This document shows positions 53,271 through 63,642 of a stretch of DNA of 64,000 nt, one piece after another. Each line of letters starts with the position of its first letter. The stretch's first letter is position 1. The DNA comes from Gammaproteobacteria bacterium (GTDB taxonomy: Bacteria; Pseudomonadota; Gammaproteobacteria; UBA4575), in assembly GCA_965205275.1 (NCBI GenBank), contig OZ242168.1:1278355-1342354 (forward strand), written 5' to 3'. Below the pieces are notes generated by a model that worked only from the letters and a program-made list of their open reading frames with translations, did no database searches and was not told the origin of the DNA. Made by a program: the position numbers and the translations under genes.

Positions 53271-54161
53271 ATGAGTATAATGATTGATAACAAGACCAAG
53301 GTACTGGTTCAGGGGTTTACAGGCAAAATTGGTACCTTTCACGCCAAGGAAATGCTCGAATACGGCACCCAAGTGGTAGGTGGCGTTACACCAGGTAAAG
53401 GGGGGCAAACCCATCTTGGGCTACCTGTGTTTAATACGATGAAGGATGCCGTATCGGAAACGGGTGCAGAGGCCAGTGTGGTATTCGTACCTGCTTCATT
53501 CGCTGCTGATTCAATTATGGAGGCTGCGGATGCGGGCATCAAAACCTGTGTTGCGATCACTGACGGTATTCCTGCGCAGGACATGATGCTTGTAAAACGT
53601 TACATGTACCGCTACAAAAAAGAAGATCGAATGCGCCTTACCGGCCCAAACTGTGCCGGCACTATCAGCCCAGGTAAGTGTCTGCTTGGTATCATGCCAG
53701 GACACATTTACATACCCGGTAATATAGGCATTGTTGCCCGTTCGGGCACACTCGGCTATGAAGCAGCATCTCAAATGAAAGCACGTGGAATCGGAATCAC
53801 GACCAGCGTTGGTATAGGTGGTGATCCTATCAATGGTAGTTCACACCGTGACATTCTTGAACTGTTTGAAGCCGACCCTGAAACCAAGGCTATCATGCTG
53901 ATCGGTGAAATCGGTGGACCCCAAGAGGCAGACGCTGCGGAATATTTTAAGCATCACATGAACAAGCCATTAGTGGCCTACATTGCCGGGCTTACTGCAC
54001 CTAAAGGTCGTCGTATGGGTCATGCCGGCGCTATTGTATCCGGTAAAGGTGAAAGTGCAGCTGAAAAAGTAGAACTGTTGCAAGAAGCAGGAGTCACGGT
54101 TGCGCCAGACCCATCAGAGCTTGGCTCAACCATGGAAAAAGTCTTGAAAGAGGTTGCCTAG
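53271..54161 (+). CDS. mtkB: Malate-CoA ligase alpha subunit
   Basis: SucD-like: VLVQGFTGKIGTFH, SRSGTLGYEA and the phosphohistidine loop MGHAGAIVSG. Confidence 0.88.
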   Translation: MSIMIDNKTKVLVQGFTGKIGTFHAKEMLEYGTQVVGGVTPGKGGQTHLGLPVFNTMKDAVSETGAEASVVFVPASFAADSIMEAADAGIKTCVAITDGIPAQDMMLVKRYMYRYKKEDRMRLTGPNCAGTISPGKCLLGIMPGHIYIPGNIGIVARSGTLGYEAASQMKARGIGITTSVGIGGDPINGSSHRDILELFEADPETKAIMLIGEIGGPQEADAAEYFKHHMNKPLVAYIAGLTAPKGRRMGHAGAIVSGKGESAAEKVELLQEAGVTVAPDPSELGSTMEKVLKEVA

Positions 54162-54173
54162 GAGAAAGGTAAA

Positions 54174-55145
54174 ATGAGTAAATTAAAAGTCATCGTCACA
54201 CGCGCCTGGCCGGCAGAAGTGGAAGCAACATTAAAAGAAAGATATGACGTACAGTTGAATGAGATCGACGTTGCAATGACTAAAGACGAAATGAAGAAGG
54301 CATTGGGCGATTGCGATGCTTTCCTGCCTACTGTCACAGATCCTGTCGATGCAGAAGTACTGAGTGCAGAACCGCTACGCGCAAAGTTTATCGGCAATTT
54401 TGGCGTGGGATTCAACCACATTGACCTGGATGCAGCCAAGGCACGCGGGCTTACCGTCACCAATACACCTGAAGTGCTTACCGACTGTACTGCCGATATT
54501 GCCATGACACTGTTGTTGACCGCAGCACGGCGCACAAGTGAAGGTGAGCGCCACTTACGTGCAAAAGCCTGGACAGGTTGGCGGCCTACTCACATGCTGG
54601 CTACCAAGGTAGCCGGCAAAACACTGGGTATGATCGGTATGGGACGTATCGCACAGGCTATGGCCAAGCGGGCACACCATGGCTTTGGAATGAAGATTAT
54701 CTTTGTAGACCCCTACCCGCCTTCCGATGAAGTGGTCAAGAAATTTAATGCATCCCAGTGTGAATCGATCAATGAAGTCCTTGCAAACTCGGATTTTGTG
54801 TCGATTCACTGCCCGGGTGGCAAGGATACGTATCATTTGCTGGGCAAGGAAAACCTTGCCAGAATGAAACCTGGCGCATTTTTAATCAATTCAGCACGCG
54901 GTGATGTAGTGGATAATGATGCATTAATTGAAGCATTGAAAAATGGCACGATTGCAGGTGCAGGCTTGGATGTTTTCGAAGGCGAGCCCAATCTGGATGA
55001 ACGTTTTCTTGAATTGGAAAATGTTGTGCTGCTGCCTCATTTGGGCAGCGCTTCGACTGAGACACGTATTGCAATGGGCAACCGTGTGCTGAAAAATCTG
55101 GCTGCATTTGAAGCAGGCGAGACACCGAAAGACAAGCTGGTTTAA
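54174..55145 (+). CDS. hprA: Hydroxypyruvate reductase (D-isomer-specific 2-hydroxyacid dehydrogenase)
   Basis: NAD motif GMIGMGRIAQAMA, catalytic-region motifs NSARGDVVD and PHLGSAS, and serine-cycle context. Confidence 0.85.
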   Translation: MSKLKVIVTRAWPAEVEATLKERYDVQLNEIDVAMTKDEMKKALGDCDAFLPTVTDPVDAEVLSAEPLRAKFIGNFGVGFNHIDLDAAKARGLTVTNTPEVLTDCTADIAMTLLLTAARRTSEGERHLRAKAWTGWRPTHMLATKVAGKTLGMIGMGRIAQAMAKRAHHGFGMKIIFVDPYPPSDEVVKKFNASQCESINEVLANSDFVSIHCPGGKDTYHLLGKENLARMKPGAFLINSARGDVVDNDALIEALKNGTIAGAGLDVFEGEPNLDERFLELENVVLLPHLGSASTETRIAMGNRVLKNLAAFEAGETPKDKLV

Positions 55146-55253
55146 ATTCATATACACCCTTCACCCTTCCAGATACAGCACGTGCCTTCCATGTTGGAGG
55201 CCCTTGGGCATGTGGTTGTATTGTGCGCACTTGTTTAATTTTATACTCACAGT

Positions 55254-58028
55254 ATGAGTGATGTCTCCCCGCTTTCCTGGACCCAACTGACCAAGGTGGC
55301 CACAGGCTGCACCATCATTGACCCGGCTGCAAGTTATGAAGACAAGCTGGTAGACCTGCTATACAAGCAGCTACTGAGTGTGTTACGTACCCGGCAACCT
55401 GATATAGCAGCCTTCATTGAAGGCCAGAAAGATATTCGTGACAGTACGGACTCACAGATTTTATATATCTTGGAAACCTATGGTATCTGGTTTCAGTTAC
55501 TCAGTATCGCTGAACAAAATGCAACGGTGCAACAGCGTCGGCAGATTGAAAAAGAATACGGCCGTGACCGCGTTCCAGGAACTTTTGCCTATACATTTTC
55601 AACGGCAGCCCAGCACGATGTTCCTGTAGAGGAAATCCAGAAAGTTCTGAATAACAGTTTTATCTGCCCGGTGATCACCGCACACCCTACTGAAGCCAAG
55701 CGCGTGACGGTGCTGGAAATTCACCGACGTATTTATATATTGCTGAAACAGTTGGAACTGACACGCTGGACACCTCGGGAACGTGACGACCTGATTCATG
55801 AATTACGCAACGAAATTGATCTGTTATGGCTAACCGGTGAGATTCGTCTGGAAAAACCCACTGTTGCCCAGGAAGTCACCTGGGGATTACATTTTTTCAC
55901 AGAATCCGTGTTCGATGGCGTAATGAAATTTTACGTCGAACTAGATCGTGCATTAAGACAGGTGTACCCACACTTTGAATTTGAGGTGTCGCCGTTATTC
56001 CGTTTCGGTTCATGGATAGGTGGAGACCGAGACGGAAATCCAAATGTAAATACCGAAGTCACGGCATTCGCCATTCATGAAAATGCTAGGACCTGTTTAA
56101 AACGATATCGCCAGGATTTATCCGCGCTTGGATCAAAACTGAGCATTGCCAGTCATTCCGTAAAGATTCCTGAGCATTTTATTGAGGCCCTTAAACAAAA
56201 ACTGGAAATGCTGGGAGAAACGGAATCCTTTTCAAAACGAAACCCGGGCGAGGTTTTTCGACAGTACGTAAGTTGTATGCTGCGCAATATTGATGCGACC
56301 CTGGATAATATCGACGACCCAAGTAAATCAAGTATTGCCTATCATCGTGCAGCCGATCTGGCAGCCGACCTGCAAACACTTGAACAAGGCCTGAACGATG
56401 CGAGATGCGAGCACCTGAGTACATCGAATGTATGTCCCCTGCGCCATATGGTCAATACCTTCGGATTTCGTACAACCAGCCTGGACCTTCGTGAAAATAC
56501 AGCCGTTACCAACGGCGTCCTTGCAGAAATCTGGCAGGCCCTGCATCAAAAAACACATTTTGATGTTCCGGATTTCAAATCTGATGAATGGAAGGAATGG
56601 ATTGTAAGTGAACTCATGCAGCCCTTACGCGTGATACCACACATTGATTTTCTCTCCAAGCAGGCACAAGCCACATTGGCCATGTTTGAACAGGTCAAAC
56701 ATTATCAACGCAAACTGGACCCCGAAGCATTTGGTGTTTTCATACTCAGCATGACACAAACCTCAACGGATGTACTGGGAGTTTATCTTTTGGCAAAGTA
56801 TGTCGGTTTGTTTACGGATGTTGATGGTCTGGAGGCCTGTCGAATTCTGGTAGTGCCCTTACTGGAAACCATTGAGGACCTGAAAAAAGGGCCCGCTATA
56901 TTGAATGAATTACTGGAACATGGATTTATCAGGCGCACGATTCGCAAACATGGAGACTCACAAGAGGTCATGGTGGGATACTCCGATTCAAATAAAGACG
57001 GTGGATTTCTTACCTCAAACTGGATTATCAGCAAAGCACAGACACTCATACGGGAGGCAGGAAACAAGCATAAAATACCTGCTTCATTTTTTCACGGTCG
57101 TGGAGGCTCTGTAAGTCGAGGTGGCGCACCTAGCGGACGTGCCATTGCCGCACAACCTGCTGGTACGATTGATGGACGCATGCGAGTCACCGAACAGGGC
57201 GAAGTCGTATCGTACAAATACGCAAACCGTGGATTTGCAGAGGAGCAAATGGAAATTCTTGCCTCCAGTGCACTTACACACACACTCATGTCAGGCAGAG
57301 ACCCTGCCTATCAAACCAATGCCGAACTGGATGAAGTCATGGAAGCGCTTTCGGGCACCTCATATGTCACGTATCGCAAATTCATTGAAACTCCCGGTCT
57401 AGTAGAGTTCTATCAGCAGGCAAGTCCCGTTGAGGAATTGACACTCATGAAAATCGGATCAAGGCCTTCACGCAGATTTGGTGCCGCAACCCTGGAGGAC
57501 CTGCGCGCAATTCCTTGGGTATTCGCCTGGACACAAAACCGTATTCTGGTTCCGGGTTGGTATGGGGTTGGCAGCAGTTTTGAACAGCTTATCAGCATAC
57601 GTGGGGAACTCGGAAAAGAATTGTTGCAGGAATTATATAACAAGCACTCATTATTCAGACTCATACTGGATAGTGTCGAAAAAACATTATTGCTGGTCGA
57701 CATGGAGGTGGCTGAAAAATACTCCGAACTGGTCACAAATACCCACTATAGCAGAGTGATTTTTTCAGACATAAAATCTGAATACGAACGAACCATGAAA
57801 ATGGTTTTACAGATTACAGGGGAAGACCAGCTATGCGATCGCTTTCCGAATTTTAAACGGCACTTTTACCGGCGTCTTGAATCCCTGACTCAGGTAGGTA
57901 TCGAACAGGCTGAGTTAGTCAAGAAGTTTCGCAATGATGCATCTGGAACTCAGGACAGACAAGATGTACTGGTTCCCCTGCTTTTGTCTATTAACTGTGT
58001 GGCAGCAGGCATTGGCAGCACAGGCTAA
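55254..58028 (+). CDS. ppc: Phosphoenolpyruvate carboxylase
   Basis: Signatures VITAHPTEAKR, GYSDSNKDGG and FHGRGGSVSRGG, with a C-terminal ...GIGSTG. 924 aa. Confidence 0.95.
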   Translation: MSDVSPLSWTQLTKVATGCTIIDPAASYEDKLVDLLYKQLLSVLRTRQPDIAAFIEGQKDIRDSTDSQILYILETYGIWFQLLSIAEQNATVQQRRQIEKEYGRDRVPGTFAYTFSTAAQHDVPVEEIQKVLNNSFICPVITAHPTEAKRVTVLEIHRRIYILLKQLELTRWTPRERDDLIHELRNEIDLLWLTGEIRLEKPTVAQEVTWGLHFFTESVFDGVMKFYVELDRALRQVYPHFEFEVSPLFRFGSWIGGDRDGNPNVNTEVTAFAIHENARTCLKRYRQDLSALGSKLSIASHSVKIPEHFIEALKQKLEMLGETESFSKRNPGEVFRQYVSCMLRNIDATLDNIDDPSKSSIAYHRAADLAADLQTLEQGLNDARCEHLSTSNVCPLRHMVNTFGFRTTSLDLRENTAVTNGVLAEIWQALHQKTHFDVPDFKSDEWKEWIVSELMQPLRVIPHIDFLSKQAQATLAMFEQVKHYQRKLDPEAFGVFILSMTQTSTDVLGVYLLAKYVGLFTDVDGLEACRILVVPLLETIEDLKKGPAILNELLEHGFIRRTIRKHGDSQEVMVGYSDSNKDGGFLTSNWIISKAQTLIREAGNKHKIPASFFHGRGGSVSRGGAPSGRAIAAQPAGTIDGRMRVTEQGEVVSYKYANRGFAEEQMEILASSALTHTLMSGRDPAYQTNAELDEVMEALSGTSYVTYRKFIETPGLVEFYQQASPVEELTLMKIGSRPSRRFGAATLEDLRAIPWVFAWTQNRILVPGWYGVGSSFEQLISIRGELGKELLQELYNKHSLFRLILDSVEKTLLLVDMEVAEKYSELVTNTHYSRVIFSDIKSEYERTMKMVLQITGEDQLCDRFPNFKRHFYRRLESLTQVGIEQAELVKKFRNDASGTQDRQDVLVPLLLSINCVAAGIGSTG

Positions 58029-58066
58029 CCCGCCATTCATAATGGTACAATTTTTTGTTCAGAACC

Positions 58067-58933
58067 ATGAAAAAGCTCTTATATCATTTTGATACCGATC
58101 TCATCCCAAGTGTATTTGATTCTGTAGTCGCATATGATGGGGGTGCGGACCACGTGACACAGCTTGGAGATGTTAATGAAAATAATTGTGCAAACCTTGT
58201 TGAGGGCGCCATATATACGCGTGCACCCAAACATAAAAAAAATACTGCAATCTTTGTAAGCGGCAGCAATCTTATTGCAGGGCAATCTTTATTCGAGGCC
58301 GTACAAAGCCGGTTTTTTCAAAATTTTCGCGTATCAGTGATGCTTGACAGCAACGGCTGTAACACGACCGCCGCCGCCGGTGTCGCCCTGTTAAATCGGG
58401 CCACATCATTACAAGACAAAATTGCGGTGGTTCTGGCCGGTACCGGACCAGTCGGTCAGCGTGCTGCGGTGATGCTGGCAAAAAGCGGTGCCCGGGTCCG
58501 CCTTACTTCGCGCAAACAAAAACGCTCTGCACAGGCATGCGACGAGATAGCAAAACAATTCGGGGTCACACTTACATCTGTAGAAGCCAGTGATGCCGAT
58601 TCTACCAGCGATGCCCTGGAAGGCGCACACATTGTGTTTGGTGCAGGCAAGGCAGGTATCCGGTTACTTGACGCAAGTCAATGGCAACAGCATGATACCA
58701 TCGAAATTTTAGCCGACGTCAGTACTGCCGAGCCGCTTGGTTTTGCAGGCATCAGCATGATGGACAGAAACACCGAGAAATTTGGCAAGAAAATATTTGG
58801 CGGCCTAGGCATTGGTGCATTAAAACTTAAACTCCATCGCACGTGCATTGAAAAACTGTTCACATCCAATGATCAGGTACTGGATGCCGATGCAATCTAT
58901 GAAATTGCCCAACAAATGACGCGTTCCACATAG
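58067..58933 (+). CDS. mtdA: NADP-dependent methylene-tetrahydrofolate / methylene-tetrahydromethanopterin dehydrogenase
   Basis: Strong resemblance to M. extorquens MtdA as I recall it: KKLL..FDTD..PSVFD.VV.YDGGADH, MLDSNGCNTTAAAGVAL, VLAGTGPVG, LGIGALKLKLHR. ATG at 58067; the listed ORF starts at TTG 58055. Confidence 0.9.
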   Translation: MKKLLYHFDTDLIPSVFDSVVAYDGGADHVTQLGDVNENNCANLVEGAIYTRAPKHKKNTAIFVSGSNLIAGQSLFEAVQSRFFQNFRVSVMLDSNGCNTTAAAGVALLNRATSLQDKIAVVLAGTGPVGQRAAVMLAKSGARVRLTSRKQKRSAQACDEIAKQFGVTLTSVEASDADSTSDALEGAHIVFGAGKAGIRLLDASQWQQHDTIEILADVSTAEPLGFAGISMMDRNTEKFGKKIFGGLGIGALKLKLHRTCIEKLFTSNDQVLDADAIYEIAQQMTRST

Positions 58934-58934
58934 C

Positions 58935-60083
58935 ATGAAACCTTCCCCTACACTGCTTGAAATGATCGGGCAATTGGTTGCAATCCCTTCTGTCAGCAGC
59001 ACCCAGGCACAATTTGACACCAGCAATAAACCTATTATCAATTGCCTGGCAAACTGGCTGGATGATCTGGGTTTTCAAATAGAAATTATTCCATCCTCCA
59101 GTGATAAGGCCAATCTGGTGGCATGGATTGGAGAGGGAGAAGATGGCCTTGTGTTATCTGGCCACACCGATACTGTAAATTATGATCAAACAGGCTGGAA
59201 TACCGACCCGTTCCAGATACAGCAGGCTGACGACCGCCTTTACGGCCTGGGCACAGCAGATATGAAGTCGTTTCTGGCAATTGCAATTGAGGCGGCGAAA
59301 GATTTCGTAGGGAAAGATCTCAAGCAACGTCTGACCATTATCGCCACAGCTGACGAGGAAAGCACGATGCAGGGCGTTCGTACACTGGTGGAAAAAAACA
59401 AAAAACCGGGACGGTTTTGCATCATTGGCGAGCCCACAGACCTGACTCCTGTACATCAGCATAAAGGAGTCTTTATGGAATCGATTACCCTTTATGGAAA
59501 GGCAGGCCATGCAAGTAACCCAGCACTCGGAAACAATGCATTGGATGGGATGCGTGCCGTACTGAATGAGTTAGACCGATTCAAACAGGAGCTTGCTGAA
59601 AAATACGTCAATCACAACTTTATCGTGCCGATTCCAACTCTGAATCTTGGCCACATCCACGGTGGCGATAATCCAAACCGAATCTGTGCAGAATGTGAAC
59701 TGCATATTGATATACGCCTATTGCCGGGTATGCAGATTGGTACTCTGCGGGATGAGTTGCATGAACGTGTCACTAAAATAACAGATGAACTGGGCCTTAC
59801 CTGCAAATTCGAAGCGCTGTTCGATGGCGTTCCTGCCTTTGAAACACCAGATGACTCAAGGATTATTCAGCTGACAACCCAGCATACCCGTAAAAATCCA
59901 AAATCCGTGACCTTTGCAACAGAAGCTCCGTTTTTCAATTCCATGGAAATGGAAGCAGTAGTGTTGGGCCCCGGCTCAATAGACCAGGCCCATCAGCCAA
60001 ATGAATTCATTGCACTTCCAATGCTGGACCCCACGACTGAATTACTACAAAAAATGATACATTCAATATGCATGCAGTCATGA
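58935..60083 (+). CDS. argE: Acetylornithine deacetylase
   Basis: M20 peptidase motifs LSGHTDTV and ATADEES, plus ...GPGSIDQAHQPNEF. 382 aa. Confidence 0.88.
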   Translation: MKPSPTLLEMIGQLVAIPSVSSTQAQFDTSNKPIINCLANWLDDLGFQIEIIPSSSDKANLVAWIGEGEDGLVLSGHTDTVNYDQTGWNTDPFQIQQADDRLYGLGTADMKSFLAIAIEAAKDFVGKDLKQRLTIIATADEESTMQGVRTLVEKNKKPGRFCIIGEPTDLTPVHQHKGVFMESITLYGKAGHASNPALGNNALDGMRAVLNELDRFKQELAEKYVNHNFIVPIPTLNLGHIHGGDNPNRICAECELHIDIRLLPGMQIGTLRDELHERVTKITDELGLTCKFEALFDGVPAFETPDDSRIIQLTTQHTRKNPKSVTFATEAPFFNSMEMEAVVLGPGSIDQAHQPNEFIALPMLDPTTELLQKMIHSICMQS

Positions 60084-60125
60084 CGGGCCTGCTCAGGCTC
60101 AGCCCCTTTTCTGAATAATTTTCCT

Positions 60126-60644
60126 TCAGACTTCATTGGTAGGCTGTTTCATGACGTACACATCATTTTCCAGAAGATTATTTGCCAATCCGTCTGCTTC
60201 GACACTGATTTTATCGGACATCCTCTTCATGGATTCCACAATAGTAAATTCCAAGGGCATCCCAACATTTCTGGACATGGCAATGTGCACAATATTGGAT
60301 TCAAGGCGCTCGATATCCCGAATTGATGGATTATAATGACCAACATCCCGGTTACACATTTCCAGGATGTTCCCATGTATCACTCTTTCTTCATTTAGAA
60401 AGTTTTTAGTAAGCGCATCTTGCATGCCTTTCGGATTGCTCCCGTAATCATCCTCGCATCCTGTGAAAGGGCGCGCATAACACATGACCAGCGCTATTTT
60501 CAGTGCCAGTTTAATGGTCAGACTCAATTGCGCATATGCCTCAGCACCATTCTCCAATATATAGTCTGCAAAATGCGAAAAAAGCCGCATGTCGACCTTG
60601 ACAAGATAGGCTCTGTATAACTCAGGCGAATCTTTCAGACTCAT
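60126..60644 (-). CDS. Hypothetical cytoplasmic protein (172 aa)
   Basis: Clean ORF in a region that looks AT-rich by eye. Helical composition, no signal peptide. Motifs YARPF and NRDVGH were noted, but no family was recognised. Confidence 0.55.
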   Translation of the reverse strand: MSLKDSPELYRAYLVKVDMRLFSHFADYILENGAEAYAQLSLTIKLALKIALVMCYARPFTGCEDDYGSNPKGMQDALTKNFLNEERVIHGNILEMCNRDVGHYNPSIRDIERLESNIVHIAMSRNVGMPLEFTIVESMKRMSDKISVEADGLANNLLENDVYVMKQPTNEV

Positions 60645-60877
60645 GGCTAATAAATTTTATCAACATGGCAATTGCATAATCTACCACCCTGTCCATGTTA
60701 TTCATACAAAACAGTCAGGGCTACCAGGGGTATTGATCACCAATGCAGGAAGTGGAATAACAGAAAACCAAAAACCTCAGGTAACAAAAAAGCCATGGCT
60801 TTTTTGTCACTGCTGACAGTGAGTCCTGTCTGGCGCCCGCATGACATCAACCACCTTCTATCTAGGAGGTCCTGTAA

Positions 60878-60915
60878 CAATCAAAAAAACGGCACGTAAT
60901 GCTGTTTTTTGATTG
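60878..60915 (-). terminator. Rho-independent terminator after the 149-aa gene (palindromic, works on either strand)
   Basis: CAATCAAAAAAACGGCA-CGTAA-TGCTGTTTTTTGATTG. The stem is flanked by A and T runs and begins 11 nt downstream of the stop at 60926. Confidence 0.6.
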
Positions 60916-60925
60916 CCAGCCCGGC

Positions 60926-61375
60926 TCACTGTTTTTTGTTCTTGAGAAAACGCTTAAAACGTAATTTATATATGTTCCCCTGCGGTACTGCATCACCTTC
61001 TACAAAGCCCTTCGCCGACCCTTCCTCTTCGCGAGTAGATAACACACGTGCCACATCAGTGTCCTGGCAGGCAACAGGGCCGTAGTCATGATTGTGATAA
61101 TCCTGTGATGTACACGGGCGGAAACCAGGAAAAATTTTTGATTCGTAAATAGTAATTGTCTTCGTTTTTACTGTTTGCAGTGACGGATCCGCTTTTTCTG
61201 CAGGCGGCGCATCCAGAACAATTTCCGGTGGTTTGCTAACTTCCGTACCTTCTTCAGCCAGCAAAGCGCCTGCCCAAAGCATTGCCACTAGACCTATACA
61301 ACTTATTCTGATCATAGCCCAGCCTCCCTGATATCTATAACTTCGCATGTTCTCGCCTCGAGATTTCTTCATCAA
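60926..61375 (-). CDS. Hypothetical secreted protein
   Basis: Signal peptide MIRISCIGLVAMLWAGALLAEE; the likely start is Met at 61315 or 61348. Two Cys in the mature part and a basic C-terminus. No family recognised. Confidence 0.55.
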   Translation of the reverse strand: MMKKSRGENMRSYRYQGGWAMIRISCIGLVAMLWAGALLAEEGTEVSKPPEIVLDAPPAEKADPSLQTVKTKTITIYESKIFPGFRPCTSQDYHNHDYGPVACQDTDVARVLSTREEEGSAKGFVEGDAVPQGNIYKLRFKRFLKNKKQ

Positions 61376-62030
61376 TGCTCATAATTACATTCTTGAGCTC
61401 ATCTATAGAATAAATATCTTGAAGAAGATGCTTGTTGCGCTCAACCTTGGCATAGGACTCAGCCAGTTCCTTTCGGTACCTGCCAATCGGTGTATCCGGG
61501 TTTCGCATGTCGGCAACCATCCGTTTTTGAAATTCCGAGTTCTCGCTAAATTTAAACATCATGGACATATAGACCGCAGAAAATCGAAAATCATACGATT
61601 TATAATCATCCAGTGTATGTACATGCTTGCGAGCATTTCTGATTTCTACATCAAATGTATTACTGTACCCCAACAGCGCATCACGAAATTCCCCTTCTAT
61701 TTGATAGTCATCAATCATCACAGGGATCACCTTTACTATTTGCAGCCGCTTGTCATCATGCTCAAAAATGATTTTGAGAAGTTTTTGTCTGGCAGCATCC
61801 GGAGCATCACTCGCCTGTTTAATAACAGTGAGATCCTGTACGCGTACAGCCTTTTCTGCCTCCAGTTCCTCCAGAGTCAGTTTTTCCAGATTACCAGGAA
61901 CAGAATAGACCACACTCGCACGGTCAAGAATAGGAGACTTGACCGTTTCGCCACCGGCCAAGCCCAGTAAGCTGATGAGCATCAGCACCGGGGCACTCAG
62001 GATGTTCCCACACAGCAAAACTTTTCGCAT
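61335..62030 (-). CDS. Hypothetical secreted or periplasmic protein (232 aa from ATG 62030)
   Basis: ATG 62030 has AAGGA 8 nt upstream and gives MRKVLLCGNILSAPVLMLISLLGLAGG (signal-peptide-like). The rest is charged and helical. The listed ORF extends to 62138. Confidence 0.55.
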   Translation of the reverse strand: MRKVLLCGNILSAPVLMLISLLGLAGGETVKSPILDRASVVYSVPGNLEKLTLEELEAEKAVRVQDLTVIKQASDAPDAARQKLLKIIFEHDDKRLQIVKVIPVMIDDYQIEGEFRDALLGYSNTFDVEIRNARKHVHTLDDYKSYDFRFSAVYMSMMFKFSENSEFQKRMVADMRNPDTPIGRYRKELAESYAKVERNKHLLQDIYSIDELKNVIMSIDEEISRREHAKL

Positions 62031-62228
62031 TCTTTGTTCCTTATATATTAAGATACGATCAGTCAATTCAATAATACTGCCTTCGGCAAAACTTGGTTTA
62101 CCCATTATAAGGCTCAAGCCAAGTCTGAGATAGCACAAAAGACCTACTGGAATAATCCTGTATTATTTCATAGGCTTATCCTTGGTTTATCAAGCCGCAA
62201 TATACATACATCTGGTCACAATAAGAAA

Positions 62229-63545
62229 ATGAGCAGTAATTCCCCGTTTCAACCCGAAGCTTTTCGCCAAGCTACCCACTATATCCATACCCATCGCGGC
62301 AAGGTCTTTGTGGTCTACATAAGTGGTGAGATCCTGTCGACAAAAAACAGCCTTGCAGCACTCACCCATGATTTGGCATTGATGCATACACTGGGTGTCA
62401 GGCTTGTACTGGTACCGGGCCTGAGGGGACTTATTCCTCAAAAAACAGGGGCACAGACCGAAAATACATCACATGATGGTGAACACATTACAGACCGTGC
62501 CGGCCTTCAACAGGTCAAGAAAATTGCTGAAGACACCTGTGCAAATGTAAAAGCTCTTTTTTCTGCTGGCTTGATCAATACTCCGATGTCCGGGACAAAA
62601 CTGAACATTGCTTCTGGCGATTTCGTGCATATAAACCCTGCAGCGATACGCAGCAAGATGGACAATCCGCTCAGCACAGAGTACAGCATTGCCAAAAGAG
62701 CGATACAGCAGAAGCTGGATAAGAACAGCATTGTATTAATCACGCCACTGGGTCATTCAGCAGCTGGAGATATACTTCTTTTTACAGGAGCAGAGGTTGC
62801 AATGCATACAGCGCGTGCATTGCAAAGCGAAAAACTCATATTAATACTGGGTAAATTCAGGCTTCAGAACGAAAAAGAGCAAAGCGAATATCACTACAGT
62901 ATTCGTGAAGCCCGTGAACTTGTGGAAAAATTACCCAGGCACAAACAATATGCCAAACGTTACCTGGATATTGCGATTCAGGCATGTTCAGAGAACGTCA
63001 GGTACGCTCATTTGGTCAATGCGGAAAAACCGGGTACACTACTGAAAGAACTTTACAGTCTGGACGGTGCAGCCACACTGGTTACGGCGCAAACGTATGA
63101 CAATATCCGGCCTGCTACCTTAAATGACATAGACGGCATCACGAAACTCATACAGCCCTTTATAGAAAAAGGTGCATTGGTGTCTCGTTCCCGTAAGCAG
63201 TTAGAGCTCGAAATTGACCGCTTTGACGTCATAGAACGTGACGGAGTATTGCTAACCTGCGGAACTTTATACACTTTTCCAGAAGAAAATGCTGCCGAGG
63301 TTGGCTGTCTAGCGGTACACCCTGAATATCAGTCCATTGGGCGTGGCAGTAAAATGTTGAGGCACCTGGAAAAAAAGGCTTATAAAGCCGGTCTCAGCAA
63401 ACTTTTTGTACTCACGACGCAAACTGAACACTGGTTTCAGGAGCACGGATTCAAACCTGCAGAAATCGAAGATCTGCCAATGAAAAAACGGGTATTTTAT
63501 AACTATTTGCGCAACCCAAAAGTGTATAGCAAAACGATCCAATAA
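62229..63545 (+). CDS. argA: Amino-acid N-acetyltransferase (N-acetylglutamate synthase)
   Basis: An amino-acid-kinase-like N-domain ([31 protein letters not shown]) plus a C-terminal GNAT domain ([19 protein letters not shown]). 438 aa. Confidence 0.9.
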   Translation: MSSNSPFQPEAFRQATHYIHTHRGKVFVVYISGEILSTKNSLAALTHDLALMHTLGVRLVLVPGLRGLIPQKTGAQTENTSHDGEHITDRAGLQQVKKIAEDTCANVKALFSAGLINTPMSGTKLNIASGDFVHINPAAIRSKMDNPLSTEYSIAKRAIQQKLDKNSIVLITPLGHSAAGDILLFTGAEVAMHTARALQSEKLILILGKFRLQNEKEQSEYHYSIREARELVEKLPRHKQYAKRYLDIAIQACSENVRYAHLVNAEKPGTLLKELYSLDGAATLVTAQTYDNIRPATLNDIDGITKLIQPFIEKGALVSRSRKQLELEIDRFDVIERDGVLLTCGTLYTFPEENAAEVGCLAVHPEYQSIGRGSKMLRHLEKKAYKAGLSKLFVLTTQTEHWFQEHGFKPAEIEDLPMKKRVFYNYLRNPKVYSKTIQ

Positions 63546-63642
63546 CCTGGATGGAAGGTATTATTTGCACCGCAGCAACCCATTACATTCAATAATCAAT
63601 ACCCAACCTAAACACCCAAAACTCAGGAGAAATAAACGTGTC

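Noticed and set aside
61347-61970. 207-aa plus-strand ORF in the argE-argA islet
   Set aside because: It is antisense to the 232-aa signal-peptide protein. Its I/F/L/R-rich, low-complexity composition is typical of the shadow frame of an AT-rich gene. The minus-strand gene has an SD and a plausible signal peptide.
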